Shown: positions 1-13,700, numbered from the stretch's first letter. The stretch: DNA of 64,000 nt from Epiperipatus broadwayi (GCA_028023455.1 JAQFVV010000004.1:17174001-17238000), one strand, 5' to 3'. Translations and numbers: made by a program. The notes: generated by a model not told the origin, from the sequence alone.

Positions 1-950
1 CATAGGACTTTGATGCACCTCAAAGTTTGCGAAAAAAGAAAAGTCAGAGAACTTTATATAAAATAATGAGATAAATTTAAAAACTAAGAATTATAATTGA
101 TCACAATTAGTCACCACTTATAAAGATTAGAAGAATTAAGCAGCATTAAAAAAAAATAGATGAGAAAGATATAAATAAATCCTAAGTGATAGTTTAACTA
201 TTATGATGATATGAGATTAGAGATGTGTATGAAAGGTTATGATGAAATTAGAATCAATTTAATCAGATGATGTTGTAAAACTGATCCAATAATAAAATTG
301 AATAATTCATTGAGCCAATAAAATATATGCAAATACAATTGAAAATGAAAGATTTAAAGCTACGATCACAAAAAAAAAAGATCAAGTGAGAAATTATGGC
401 ATAACTGTATCAGTTACTGATTACAAATAAACAAGAAATTTTAAAGAAAATAAATGTTAAGGACAAGAAAAGAGATTGAGATAATGAATGAAAACAAAAA
501 ATAAAAAAGCAAAATAGTCCAGATAATCAAGCAATGTAAGAAAGAATAAATGAAGGGACAGAAAATGGAAGATATCATTAGAAAAATTTAACAATTTTAG
601 AATAAATAATGAGACAAAAAATAATAAAACAAAAATAAAGGAAATTGTAAATCATTTTAAGAAAATAAACCAAGATAAAGAAAATTAAGAAATTATAAAT
701 CAAATTAAGAAACCAAACTGAACAAAAAAGAAATTATAAATAAAGTGGAGAAAAAGAAAGGAAAATTTTAGTAAGAATATAAAAAAAACTCTTAAAATGA
801 TTAGGATATCATAAAAGAAAGTACATCTGACCGAGATGCTATAAAGAATCTAAAACTGATAAAGATAGTATATAAAAACATAAAACTTATGGTCACATTA
901 TAGAGGAATTTAATGTTGATAGGGATAATACAAATTAGTGATTTTTAACT
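1..950 (+). mobile_element. Possible very old LINE remnant (endonuclease end and linker)
   Basis: A DHN(L)V-like motif near 100 and a long A/G-rich coding-like tract; too decayed to classify. Confidence 0.3.
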
Positions 951-1200
951 TTTCAAATCATTGTCCTCCTTGTCCCCCCCCCCAAAGACATTCTCAACAT
1001 CATAACTCTACTATCTATAAGTTGAATAAATATGCTGAAAGGCAACTTTTCTAAAAAATTATTACATTTTTGAAGTTTAAAAAAATATTCATAATTGAAT
1101 TTATAAAAAGAAACATCAAAGTCATTTTAAAAAATTAAACTTTTTACATACATTTATTTTAAAATTCACTAAAATAATTATTTGCTGTGATAAATTCTAT

Positions 1201-1206
1201 TTTATT
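1201..1206 (-). promoter_or_regulatory. Candidate FARS2 polyadenylation signal AATAAA
   Basis: TTTATT on plus, about 30 nt past the stop codon. The context is AT-rich, so chance occurrence is possible. Confidence 0.4.
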
Positions 1207-1237
1207 TTTTGTAATATTAAATAACACAGTATAAATA

Positions 1238-1522
1238 TCATCTAATTTCTACTTTTAAATTTTTAGCAGCAGAAAGTTCAATATCTTTGTGAATTTTATT
1301 CACTTCATCTTGTTTAAACGTTTTTTCCATATGCCTATATATAATCCTGTAACAGTGACTTGTCCGATTTTGTTTTGGGCTAATAAACGTATCTAGAAGA
1401 TAAACTTGTTCTACTACATCCCCACCAACTGAACGTACCAAATCATAAAAATCATTACTAGAAAAATGTTCTGGTATCCAGAAGGAAATATCATTAATAC
1501 ACTGTGGAAATACGCTGATTTT
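1238..1522 (-). CDS. FARS2: FARS2 last coding exon (285 nt incl. TGA), FDX-ACB anticodon-binding domain
   Basis: KISVFPQCINDISFWIP...NDFYDLVRSVGGDVVEQV...SHCYRIIYRHMEKT...LKVEIR*. Acceptor tttgcag. The spliced CDS totals 573+160+132+161+285=1311 nt, in frame. Confidence 0.96.
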   Translation of the reverse strand, partial: KISVFPQCINDISFWIPEHFSSNDFYDLVRSVGGDVVEQVYLLDTFISPKQNRTSHCYRIIYRHMEKTFKQDEVNKIHKDIELSAAKNLKVEIR

Positions 1523-1852
1523 CTGCAAAAATAAAACAAAAAAATAAATAAATTATTATAAGTTTAAAATATATATATATATTTTTAAATTTAATTATAA
1601 ATAAAATATATGACACAATTTAATCTTGCACAATTCAAATTTACCACTTCTGCATGGTGTTATTTATCTGTTGGAATGTGATTTATGCATGTAGCTATAA
1701 TACATTCAATTATTTGTATAAGAAAAAATATAACAAACTATATTTAATAATATTGCATTTGTACTAGAAAAAATAATAGTTAAAATCACATTTAGTATAT
1801 TTTTGTTGTTGCCAGAACAAATATAAGTAAATAATTTATTATAATAATATAC

Positions 1853-2013
1853 CTTATAAGTAATAGGTGTGCTGAAATCTTCTACATAAAACTGAGATAA
1901 AAAGCCAGTATCTTGACTCCAGAATAATCGAATATCTGGGATTGAATAAAGTTTCATTGCTAAACGTTCTAACCCCAATCCAAAAGCCCAACCAATTTTA
2001 TTGCTGGCTCCAG
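1853..2013 (-). CDS. FARS2: FARS2 coding exon 4 (161 nt)
   Basis: (A)[53 protein letters not shown] is motif 3. Acceptor ttttag, donor GTATAT. Phase 1 in, phase 0 out. Confidence 0.96.
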
Positions 2014-4955
2014 CTAAAAATAAAACAAAATTATATATATTAAAAAATAAAATTAGACTTAACCATACAAAATTCACTATACCAAAACTAATTTTGTAAA
2101 GTAGAATTATGTATAAGCTATTAGACATGGTGGATATGTTTCAAATTTAAAATAGTAAATTTTATAAAGTTAATTTCAGTTCTATTTATATATATATTTG
2201 ATATGTATAAAAAGAAAAGGCAAAATTATATAAGCTATATTTAAATTCTACATATATCTAAGACATTTTGTAAAAATCAAAGTAACAAAAAAAAAAAAAT
2301 TCAATACTGAAAATAAGAAATATTTTAAAACAAAGGGGAATTTAATTTAAAGTTACATTTTCCTAATTATATTCAAATCTTATTTAACTTATTCAGAAAG
2401 ATCAATCACGTATCTGTATTATAACATATAATTAATATACTGAGTGTGTGTGTATGTATCACCAAGTATATTTAGTTATTATTTGAACTGTCCTCTACCT
2501 ATCATGTTCAATAACTTTTTGTAATAGTAGAATGATCATTTCTTTCTCTATTTTAGTATTTATATAGAGAGTTATTCAGAACAATAATAGCCTAGATATT
2601 TTAATAAAAATTGATTTTGAAATGATTGGTATTAATTTGACAGAGCACAAATATTTCATTTTTAAAACTCTATAATAAAGAGAAACAACATATTTGTAAT
2701 GATAAATAATGTATTTATATCGCATATATATATAAAGTCAGATGATAATCACTAAATACATTTAATTAATAGTTGAATTATCATTTCGCTATAGATAAAT
2801 TTCACAAACCTCAATTCATTAGGCGTATTATAAATTTGAAACACTAAAACATTCACTCTCAAATGAGACTTGTTTAATTTTGGAGTCTGAATATTTTAGC
2901 ATTTGCTTAAGCATGTATACAGGATTTAATTCATCAATCCAATACATTTATATCACAATGAGTGGTGATAATTTATAGATTTAACACTCTATGAAACAAA
3001 AACATCACATTGTAAGGAATATATAAGCAACAAATTGATTAATGTATCTGCAAAATATTTATAATCAATCAAAACTTTTTAAGATTTACTGTGCACTCCA
3101 TTAATGCATGTCATTAAATTGCAAATTATTATTCAGTGTAAAATTTATTTTTATGCATTTTACAGACAAATTCTGTTGAACACATAAACTAGTTTGTTTT
3201 TGTGTGGATCTCAAGTTTAGTGACAAACAAAGATTGCTTGTGAAATGCATGTATAATTAGAAGATGGTCTGGGAAATTTTATACTGGACTACAACTTATG
3301 ATTTAATAACCAGTTAAGGAAAAATATGTTGATAATCAGAAAAGATTTGATTGTTTACATATATATATATAAATATTGGAATATTTCCACCATTTAAAGT
3401 AACTTGTATAGCATTCGATTTTATTTGCTAGTTCAGAGATAGTATGTAATTTAAACAGGATTTTTCATCCTAACACATGCACTGTATTGTTTCCTCAATA
3501 TTCATCAAGACATCATTGAGATATTGTGAAAAAAAAATACAGCACACATATTATGATGAAAAATCCTTACTGTTTAAATTAAAGTAAACTGTTAAATGTT
3601 TTTAAAAATTTCAAACTTTATTTATATCCTTCTAAATATATACCACACAAACATTAATATTAAACATATTTTAAATGGTATTATTATTCTCTCCTCTCTA
3701 GGTGTTGCTTGCCTAACCAGTGAATGGGTAACCTTTAGATAAATGAATATTGAATTCGGAATGATATTCTTTCCTATGTCGGATATGTAAATGGAAGAAT
3801 ATAGTATGTGTAGCGAAGAATGTAAGATAGCCTTCTAGTGTAATAGAAGAGTCTTCCTCTAGATTAAGACTTTTATTCTGAGTTCAAATTCAAATTGTCC
3901 TTATATGGAGTTTCTCCAATCAAACAGCATGAAATTGAAAAGCCAGGAGATGATGAATCAGGAAATATATCCAATATCATTGACGATTATTACATTACAT
4001 ATTCATGTGTGAATAGTATTTTTTGGGATGGGAAAATAAGATACTGGCTTACAATATCTTGAAGACCTGAATATAAATATATTAAGAATATGAAATCCAT
4101 GATACTTTAAATACATAAAATTTTTAAATAATTATTACATCTGTTATCAAGTATAAATTAAAAAACAACAACTTTCATCCTCCCTAAAAAAAATTGATAC
4201 TTAAATGATAAAAGTCTGGAGAAATATAATATTTTTAAAATATAAAAACCAAATTTCTAATTAAACAATATATATTGAAATTACAAAACACTTCAATTCA
4301 ATTCTACTAATACATTCTCTTTAATTAATACTTGCCCTCCAAAATATAACTTCAAAAGCAAAAGAAATAAATACCTCAAAACCTATTTATATTTTTAATG
4401 ATAACATCAAAATTAAATTTTTATACCATACTTTTTTTTTTTTGATAACAAAATTTAAATTAAAAGAATATAAATTACACTTATCTATAATTTTGCATTG
4501 GTACTGTTTATATCAATAAAACTTCAAAAAAAAACTATTCATAAACTACTATTGTTGAACATACATCAAAATTCATCTTTATTTCTACATCGCTTCTCTC
4601 CCATTGGTAGAAACAATCAGCAATATTACCAGCTCAAAGTGTTATTGCTTCTCATTTCTAAGCACTGCTTAATCTACATTCCAAATAAGAATTCAAATAA
4701 CCAGAATAAAGATAATCAGAATAATTACTTTAACTTGGTTAATTTTTGTTGGAAATATGAGTCAGTTGAATTTTTGCAACCCAAATTTTTTTAAAAATAA
4801 CTTTAATTATTTATTGGCTCTTTTGATTAATAAACGCAATAAATATAGTAAACATATTTGCCCTTAATTCTAGATAGTTATCAGATAATCCACATTTTTC
4901 TTTACATGCATGCATAATTTTTTTTTTTTTTTTGATTATTATAAAATCAACATAC

Positions 4956-5087
4956 CTACTTTCAGGATATTGTGTTCTAAAATTCCGCAACCTAATACCT
5001 CCAACCAATTGCCTTCATATTTAACTTCCAATTCCCAAGAAGGATGAGTGAAAGGAAAATATGTTTCAATCCATCTTGTTTCAACAT
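4956..5087 (-). CDS. FARS2: FARS2 coding exon 3 (132 nt)
   Basis: (N)VETRWIETYFPFTHPSWELEVKYEGNWLEVLGCGILEHNILKV carries the PheRS YFPFTHPS and WLEVLGCG motifs. Acceptor ttttag, donor GTATGT. Phase 1 in and out. Not in the ORF track. Confidence 0.96.
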
Positions 5088-5583
5088 CTAAAATTTACAA
5101 AAAAACAAACTATATAGTCATAAACATTTATGCACAAATGTATACATATTCATCTTGAAAACCTACTGCATTGTTATTTCTAATAATATTTTGGATTAGA
5201 GGTTCAGTGTGTACAAATTAGCATGCTTTGGAATTGTAGTCTTTAAATAAAAAAATTTTTTTATATCACAGCAGTTGATTGCCAAGAGTCGGGTATACTC
5301 ATCAAAAGTATTAGATATTAATAATTCATAATATATTTACTTATTTCACACATCGGTACATATATTTTATTTGTATGTGCAAAATCCACTAAAGATTGCA
5401 ACTTGACTGCAAAGAATGAAATTATTAATTCAAAGAAGTTTAAATAAACCTTATTAAACAGAAAACTGTTCTGAAAGCAGACTAATAAATAGTCAATTAT
5501 AACTTTCAAATTACAATTTTAAGTTTCAAATCACACTCCAACTATGTATTATTAGGAGAATAAACATAATAATAATATATATA

Positions 5584-5718
5584 TATAATGGTAATTAACT
5601 ATTATATACAGTCTTTCAATCCACAGAAAATTTAATGGCAGTGGAGGCAAGTTAAGAAATTAACCGAAAGTACTTCTGCAGATTGAAAGACTGTATATAA
5701 TAATTAATTAGCATTATA
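5584..5718. repeat. Small inverted-repeat element (~45-bp arms), MITE-like
   Basis: ataatggtaattaactattatatacagtctttcaatc vs gattgaaagactgtatataataattaattagcattat (2 mismatches). Confidence 0.75.
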
Positions 5719-5787
5719 TTTATTATTTTTGTTATTATAAGTTTTTTAATTAACGGTCATTTTATTTGTATGTATATATATACTATA

Positions 5788-6345
5788 TAATCAAAATTAC
5801 CCCAAATCCAAAACTCAACCAGACTAGCCAAGAAAATAAAATCTAAAACACTACCAATGGTTTCACTGCTACAAACAGACTTCTCAAGTGTAAAAAATTA
5901 CAAAACAACAACGTATTTATATTAAACATTACCGACAATTCTATTTACTTCTTATCCACCCTTAATATTAAAAGAACTTTTAAATAAATTAATTGCTTCA
6001 GAATCATAAATTTTTAATAATAAAGATTCTTTAATTATTCTTTTTATTTCATTTCTCTCAAAGAAGATAACCTTAGCTTTATCAAAATTAATAGTGTGGT
6101 CTGTATCTTTTTCATGGACATACAAAGTAGAACTAAGATATTTATTTCTAATTCTACTTTTCTGTACCTTTATTCTTTCATTTAAGCTCAAAGTACTCTA
6201 ATCTATATATACCTTCTTACAAAAACAAGAGATATATATACACTACTCCAGGAATAGTAAGAAGGTATTGAAGCAATCACTCTGTAGTCAGAATGAACTT
6301 TATGTTTTTCCTTCCTAAAAACTAACCATCGACAAGGATTCAAAC
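5788..6345 (-). mobile_element. Penelope-like element 3' fragment (GIY-YIG endonuclease remnant plus terminal repeat)
   Basis: Frameshifted PGVVY..SCFCKKVYI..STLSLNERIK...STLYVHEKDTDHTINFDKAKV...ERNEIKRIIKES (PLE GIY-YIG pattern), followed by a hammerhead-bearing tail. Confidence 0.8.
5848..5891 (-). ncRNA. Minimal type I hammerhead ribozyme, U3-A8 core variant (second copy)
   Basis: Same 44-nt motif on the minus strand, with one C>T change giving a G.U pair in stem II. Confidence 0.68.
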
Positions 6346-9089
6346 CCAGCAATATTTAAATTACTAATGGTGTCGACATATATAAACTATTGTGTCATAC
6401 ATATATATAATTTTTGATTCTGTTATTTTATTACATTTGAATATTTTAAGCTTATGTTTGTTTTTTTTATGTAAAAACAAAAGAGTATTTGTTTAATCAC
6501 ATAAAGTTTGTCATTTGTAAAAATTTATTTGCTTTTAATTTCAATTTTCTAATAATTTAAAACAAAGAAGATATAACCAAGATGGCAGGTTCAAATTAAT
6601 CCATTGTAAAGTTTGCTTCACTAATTAAATATTTTAAAAGCTCGACTTTCATTAATTGAAATATTGTTTTCTTATCAAAGTCATTTTTATTTTAACTAAA
6701 AATATTTCGTTAATGAAATATTTTTGTTTCATTTATATTAATTTAAATTCTTTCGAGCTGGAATGTGATTAGAACCTTATCATCTTCTTATGTCTTGTTT
6801 TTAATTAAAAATGGGCTGTAATTTGTTAATTGCTTATCTGCCTCTGGGAAAATGAACTAAGGCATTCCTATCCTAGTTGGGAATGTATAAATAGGGTGGA
6901 TTGGAGATAAGGGGGCTTTTTTTTTGACTTTGGCTTTCTTTTGCTTCTTTGCTTTTTGCTGTTTTACTTTTCTTGTACCCTTTTCTCTTTGCTCGTGAGT
7001 TTAGATAACAAGAAAAGAATATAGCGTAATAAAATATCAGTTGAGTAGGGCCCGAATCATCTTTCCCCCGTGCTTCTCCGGACTGCCTCTGAAATGCTGC
7101 CATGAAGCTCCTGCCATGGAAGAATGCAACCACCAATGAGATGAAGCAGTAGTGACCGAGATTGCTGACTACCAAGCTGATCCCTGTAAACTAAAGTTCA
7201 AAGAATGAACCACCTAGCCATTGTAACATTGCCGAGGTCACAGTTCCATGCTTACCTATATTTATACTAATTTGTGTTTTTGTTATATATACTTATATCT
7301 AATCTCTGCTTGAAAGTCTCTCTATAATCCTACCTGATATATATATATATGTAAATGCTTACATCTATTTAAGTTTAAATCCTACATTTTATTTAGTGCA
7401 ATAAATTTTGCTATTATAATTATTTGCTATTTACTTTTATATGTAATTTATATGCCAAGTCAACTCAACTCCGCAAGCCTGTATTTTAGATTAGTCTTTT
7501 AAATCCCCAACGCTTCAGGGATATTTTAATTACTTTCAATTATTTGTTTTAAACCCATTGCTCGCTGGGTTGAGAACTAATTAAATATTTCTGTTTTCAG
7601 GCAGATTATAACTGTAATACTGCCACACATATATTTATTGAATATATAAAAAAATGTGATTTAAGAATGCTATTAATTCAATTTCTGTTAAGTTGTTTTA
7701 AATAATAATGACTTTTTTTTATTTATGTAATAATCATTTATTTGTAGCGCCTTGAGCATTATAGTTTAAATAATGCTTATTGATTCCAAATGCATGTGGA
7801 CCTGAATAATGAAGGGAAATGTAATCGTATGTCATTAAGACATTCATCTAGTTTTATATTTCAGTTATTTAATTTGGTTTAGTATACAAGTCATACCGTT
7901 ACGTCGATTAAAACTTTATATTTAGCCATTAGTTATTTGGACATCATTAAAGGACATATTACAGTTTCAAAGCATTGCCAGCATGGGTCAGCCATCATCA
8001 TTATTGGCTTTATCATAATTTGAGGATCATCGGAAACTCCGAATCCTCCACCTTCACTTAATATGTTTTAGCTGGCATCGTAAATGCCCTAGGACACCTT
8101 CGGAAAGAGTAGCGGAAGCTCTGCATAAGTAACCTACATAGACCATGGCATCTCCCTACCTTCCTTTTCTTCAGGTATGGCCCGCCAGAAGAACAGGCGT
8201 ACCATTTTTCTTTTCTCGCTTAAATGATGCAGCGTCTCCACGGCCGAAAATGGACCGAATTTTATATTTGCTGCCCCATGCTTGCATCACCATTCATTGT
8301 AATATTTTAGAATCATGCCTAAGACTAATCAGTAAGCCGTAACACTGTGATATAACTAAACCATTTTTGTTATTTATTATTATATTTATATGTAGAATGT
8401 CACAAAAAGCTTGCATTAAGCTATTTCCCTTAGACGAGCAACTCCCACATGCGTAAATGAATTATTTTATTTTATAATTCAAGAATTGAAATATAACGTT
8501 TGTCATATTGAATACAAAAATATTTGCGTATTTAAAATCACTGTTTTATAACTTTGTTGTTCAATAATTAATAAATGTAATGGATGTCAGAGACCAATTT
8601 ACCTGGCATCATAGTTACATATATGTAGTTTGTTAAATACCTGATATTAATTTATTCAAACATTAAAGTGTCATCGTTGTAAATTCCTTTGTTTAGGTCA
8701 TTATTTAATCGTCTGTTAAAATAGCGTTTCTCTTCTTAAACCCATTATGTAATTTTTTTTAAACATTGGCATATACATAAACTGCACTATATATGTACTA
8801 GTGTGATATCCCATAATGATCACAGATATAAGCATAATGAAGCTATTCTAGTGTGAACTATATAAATAATGTACGTTTAGAATAAATTGTTTTTATATAA
8901 TATTAAATTAAAATATCTTTTGATCCTATCCAGAGTTCGAATCTTTATTTTGGTTAGTTTTTAAATATAAAAGGTTTTTATATAATTATGTATTATTTTA
9001 ATTCTTAAATCTTATTCGGGGATTCATCCTTAACAGTCCTAATTCGAGTCTCATGTCTCTGTACCGCAGTCTGACGTCCAGTACAGTAT

Positions 9090-9511
9090 ATAAAGATCAG
9101 AGTAGTTTGAGCTTAAATGAAAGAATAAAGATATATAAAAGCAGGGTTAGAAATAAATATCTTAGTTCTGCTTTGTATGTTCATAAAAAAGATACAGGCC
9201 ACACTATTAATTTTGATAAAGCTAAAGTTGCCTTCTTTGAGAGAAATGAAATAAAAAGAAGAATTAAAGAAACTTTATTATTAAAAATTTATGATTCTAA
9301 AGCAATTAATTTATTTAAAAGTTCTTTTAATATTAAGGGTGGATGGGAAGTAAATGGAATTGTGGATAATGTTTAATATAAACATGTTGTTGTTTTGTAG
9401 TTCTTTACACTTGAGAAGTCTGCTTGTAGCAGTGAAACCATTGGTAGTGTTTTAGATTTTATTTTCTTGGCTAGTCTGTTTGAGTTTTGGATTTGGGGTA
9501 ATTTTGATTAT
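9090..9511 (+). mobile_element. Penelope-like element 3' fragment, second copy in opposite orientation
   Basis: SLNERIKIYKSRVRNKYLSSALYVHKKDTGHTINFDKAK...IKET; alignable by eye to 5788-6205 over about 415 bp. Confidence 0.8.
9407..9450 (+). ncRNA. Minimal type I hammerhead ribozyme, U3-A8 core variant
   Basis: ACAC-TTGAGAA-GT CTGCT tgt AGCAG T-GAA-ACC att GGT-A-GTGT. Stems I, II and III all close; GUA cleavage triplet ends at 9446. Confidence 0.7.
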
Positions 9512-12500
9512 TTATTGACTAGTTTAGCTTTATATTTTTAATTAATATATACTGTATTAAGTAAAAAAATATGTAATTTTTGATCACATAATTGTATAGG
9601 TGTTTTAATTAAGATTTTTCTCTCAGAATCAAGGCTTAATTAATCACTGATACATTTAATCAAGATTTTGATAGCTCTGAAGTAATCCAATCTTAATCAA
9701 CTTCTTTAATTCATGCTTTTTTTTACATCTATATCTTTCATTTGATTACTCATTATACATTTTTTATTAATCTATATCCTTATTCAAATTACTATTTATA
9801 ACAATATTCATTCAAACTTTATTTACTTCATATAGAATTTGATCCATTTTTTTAGTTGTCATCTTCAGATGTTTACACATAATAAAAAAAAGTCTATAAA
9901 TCCTTCTAATCTTTCAGTAAAAACACCTAGGTATGCCTTAATAATCATTCTTAAATTTAAAAAAACAATACTTTTTCTGAAAATCTAAAACTGTTAAATA
10001 TTTTTTCCAGAAATAATAAAGAGATGATAAACAGAGGTATTTGCACTATGATCTCTTAAATCAAAAGGTTGAGTCATTCTACACATATAGATTGATGTAA
10101 ATTCAATTTCGATATAAGCCTATCTAATAACCGTTTAATATCATAATCTTAGTGACTCATTTATAGACTAATGGATGATTCAAATATTCAAGCTCAAACC
10201 AACGCTATTTAATAATATTTCCATAGGAATGCAGTTTTAATTGCAGCATTATACCTCTCATGTTTTTCACCCTATTCTCTCACCATTGAAAAACAAGTCT
10301 GGATAAATTATCTGAATCATTTAAAAACTCACTATAAGCATTAACCAGGACATTTTGAAGTTAAGAAAAACCTAGTAATGTGATATATGTGCAAGTTGAT
10401 TTAAAAATAGTATAAATAGTATAATTATAACCCCATTAGTACTTTGAGATTTTTTTTTTTTTTAAGCTTTCAAATTGTCCAATTTAAAAGGGGATGGGGG
10501 TAATCTAAATTATTTAAACAAAATTTTAAGATTTTTTTTTAATCCAATTCAAAATAGAATAAGCATTAAATTTTTTTTTGAAGAAATTAACTTCACTAAT
10601 TCAATTAGATTAGATTCTTGAAGACAATCCATCTAAAGACTCAATTCATCTAAATACAGGTATTCCAGATCCCAACAAAGGCATCTGCTTCTTTAACATG
10701 ACAGTAATATTTGCCTTGTATTCAGAATTGAACTCACTCTAACTGAATTGTAATATAATTTGCTTACTTATATTTATCTAAGCACATATCTAAATATTAT
10801 ACTACTATGTATGGCATGTTGGTTACACTTGCAAACATCAATATCACATTAACTAGTACTTTAAGGAAATATCAAACTTGATTCTGTAAGTCGTCAAGAC
10901 ATTCAACTAATTCAATTGTTATCAATCCAAATCATTATATATACCAAAATTAAACTTCACCTCCTTTAACCATATTCTTTGCAAATAAGAAACTATAATA
11001 TTATTTCTAAATATTCAATATTAATTAACTCATAGAATAATCAAGTTTTTATTTATTAATTACTTGCCCATCTTAAGTTCGCATACATGTAGATGGATTT
11101 CTTTTTAATGAATAAAAGGTAATTGAAATGATGTTAATTTGCTCTTAAGCATTAATTAAATTGTTTATTTAAATAACTGCAGTGTATTTAGACATAGTTA
11201 CCAGATGCATGGATTTAATAAATAAATATAGGACTAAAACATTTATAATAACCAATAATATTTAATTGTTGGGGTTATAGTTTTAATACGAAAAGTGAAC
11301 CTTTAACTGTGTAACCCAGAAAGTGACTTATTTGTAATAATAAAAAATATCACAATTCAGTAGTATCTTCTTAGATCTTTCAAATGCTCACATGATTAAT
11401 TGCATTTACCCACTTCTGCTGGATTACTAACTTCTAAATGACCAAACACAATATTTCTGCAAAATTACTGGAAATTTCACCCAGATTTTTAGAGTATCCT
11501 AAAGATTATAAAAATGCGGGAAAATATATGAATAAGTTGCAGATATAATTTATATTCTATAAATTAATAAAAATAGCATCTATCACGATGAAGTATTTAA
11601 AGAGTTTTATTAGCTCTATCAAATCAAAATGATTTTTCCCCCATAGATTAAATATCAAGTGTGACAAAGAAAGACTTGTGTATTCCTATTATACTACAAG
11701 TTTTTTTTTAATCCTTGATAATGGAAGGCTGACTTGTATAGCATCTAACTTATGCCTTCTTCTCACTGTGGCAGAATATCCACAATAATTGTTATTGCAG
11801 AATCAGTTTCTTTGATTTTCTTTGCTTCGGAAGGATGATCAATCTTATTTTCAATAATCCATCAATCATTTAGTATTAATTCATTTTTACCTAGACATGA
11901 TGCTATATTAGAAAGATACAAGTTATTCTTTAACTTAGCATATTTACTAAGTATAATTTAAAAATCAGATATTATAATATAGGCATCTATTAATAAAATT
12001 TCATATAGTTTAATATATTTCTCTGTATATCACTGAATGCCATATATTTCTTTCTCTTAAATAAAATTTATATAAATATTTAGATGCATTGCTTTACTAG
12101 TTAATTAAATTCTAAAATACAATATTAAAAAAAAAAGCAAACATTTAGTTTTCAAAAGACAGTTAAAATAAATTGGTAAATGAGTAACTAATACGATTTC
12201 TCTATACGCTATTGGATGCCATATTACTCTTGTAAATGATAAAAAAATAAAAGACATTTATTTGTCTTAAATACAATTTATATGGATATTCAGGTGTATT
12301 GCTTATACTAATTAATTATATCTAAAATACAGTACTAAAAAAACAAGCATTTACTTTCAAAAGACAGTTAAAATATATTGATAAATGAGCAAATATTTTG
12401 AAAACTGATTAGTTTATAAATACACTCAAGAAACAACTTATCAAACACCAAACAGGACAGTTATTGCAATAAATAAAAAAACATTGTATTAAGTATATTA

Positions 12501-13594
12501 TTTTAAAAAGCATGATTTTAAATATCACAAGTTTAATCAGTTAATGTATGGTTATCGAGATGTTAACTAAAAAAATTGCTAAAAACCTGATTACTAGAGC
12601 TGAAAAGACCAATATAATATTAATCAAAAAACATTAATTCTAAAATAGCATTAAAAAGATATTGAAAAAGCAATCATGAGGAAGATTGTAATTATTCTTA
12701 TAATTTCCTTGCAATATTCAGGTGTAGTTAGCTCACTGCTGGATAGACTTCTCTCAGGAAGAATTGGACTTGGGAGAATGAGCTATGAATCAGCATCAAA
12801 AGGTATCAACATAGATTTGACAAATGATAAGTAGAAAACATAATTCAATTTATTACATAAATTATATATAGAAGTATAGATTAAGGCAGATAACTTAAAT
12901 TGCACAAAAAATCTTTGACATATCATGTGATGCATCATACATGCATAAGTCCTTGACATGGAATACATTATCTCACCAATTTAATAATAAATATATCCTA
13001 AATCCTACAGCTTACAGAAATCATAAACAATCTGGCTGATTTGTAAAATAGTACTATATCTATTTCTTACCTATAGAATAGATAAGGATTAAAATTCCAG
13101 TTCTCCTGGAGGATGTGAGAGCATATATAAATTCCCTTTTTTTATAAACTAGATTTTTGATAATCTTGCAGTAATAAATTCTCTGAAAGTACATGTATAC
13201 ATGGGGATCTAATTAATCCTACCTGATGATACTTGCTTTATTTTAATTTGAATTACTAATTCTTTTTGATTATAGATATTTTGTATTTGAAATACAAATT
13301 CCTTTTAATTACAAATATTTTTTAATGAGGACCATCAATCCTTTTTAATTACAGATAATTTTTGAACAACTATTTCTATATAGACTAACTAAACTTTATT
13401 TTTTTATATAATTCATATCAGTCTTTATGTATTCTAAACAAATAATATTATCATCAATTTTTTACAAAATTTTGCAGGCGTCATTCATTCAGACATAGTA
13501 AAAAGTAATTTAAAGTGATTGGTTTATCTTCATGCTTTCATTTCCAGTGCTTAAGATTTGCCCATACTTAAGCGTTTGGGTTGAAAGAATATGT

Positions 13595-13700
13595 GGATTC
13601 ATTCTATTCTTTCGCAAAGACTTTATCTTGTGTTGGAAGTGAAAGTATTCATTTATTATTAAGATTCATAAAGCGCATGTGAATTAGCTTGAAAAGCTGA
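13595..13700. repeat. Diverged partial copy of the 55997-56228 fold-back family
   Basis: cattctatt..caaagactttatc...tattcattt...aaagcgcatgtg aligns to 56105-56192. Confidence 0.55.

Noticed and set aside
1706-2128. 140-aa ORF-track entry as a standalone gene
   Set aside because: Only 1853-2013 is coding (FARS2 exon with splice sites); the hydrophobic flanks are AT-rich intron read-through.
7897-8344. Solo LTR (CGTTAC...GTAACA ends)
   Set aside because: No matching TSD on the flanks and the 5' TG is absent; kept only as unexplained sequence.
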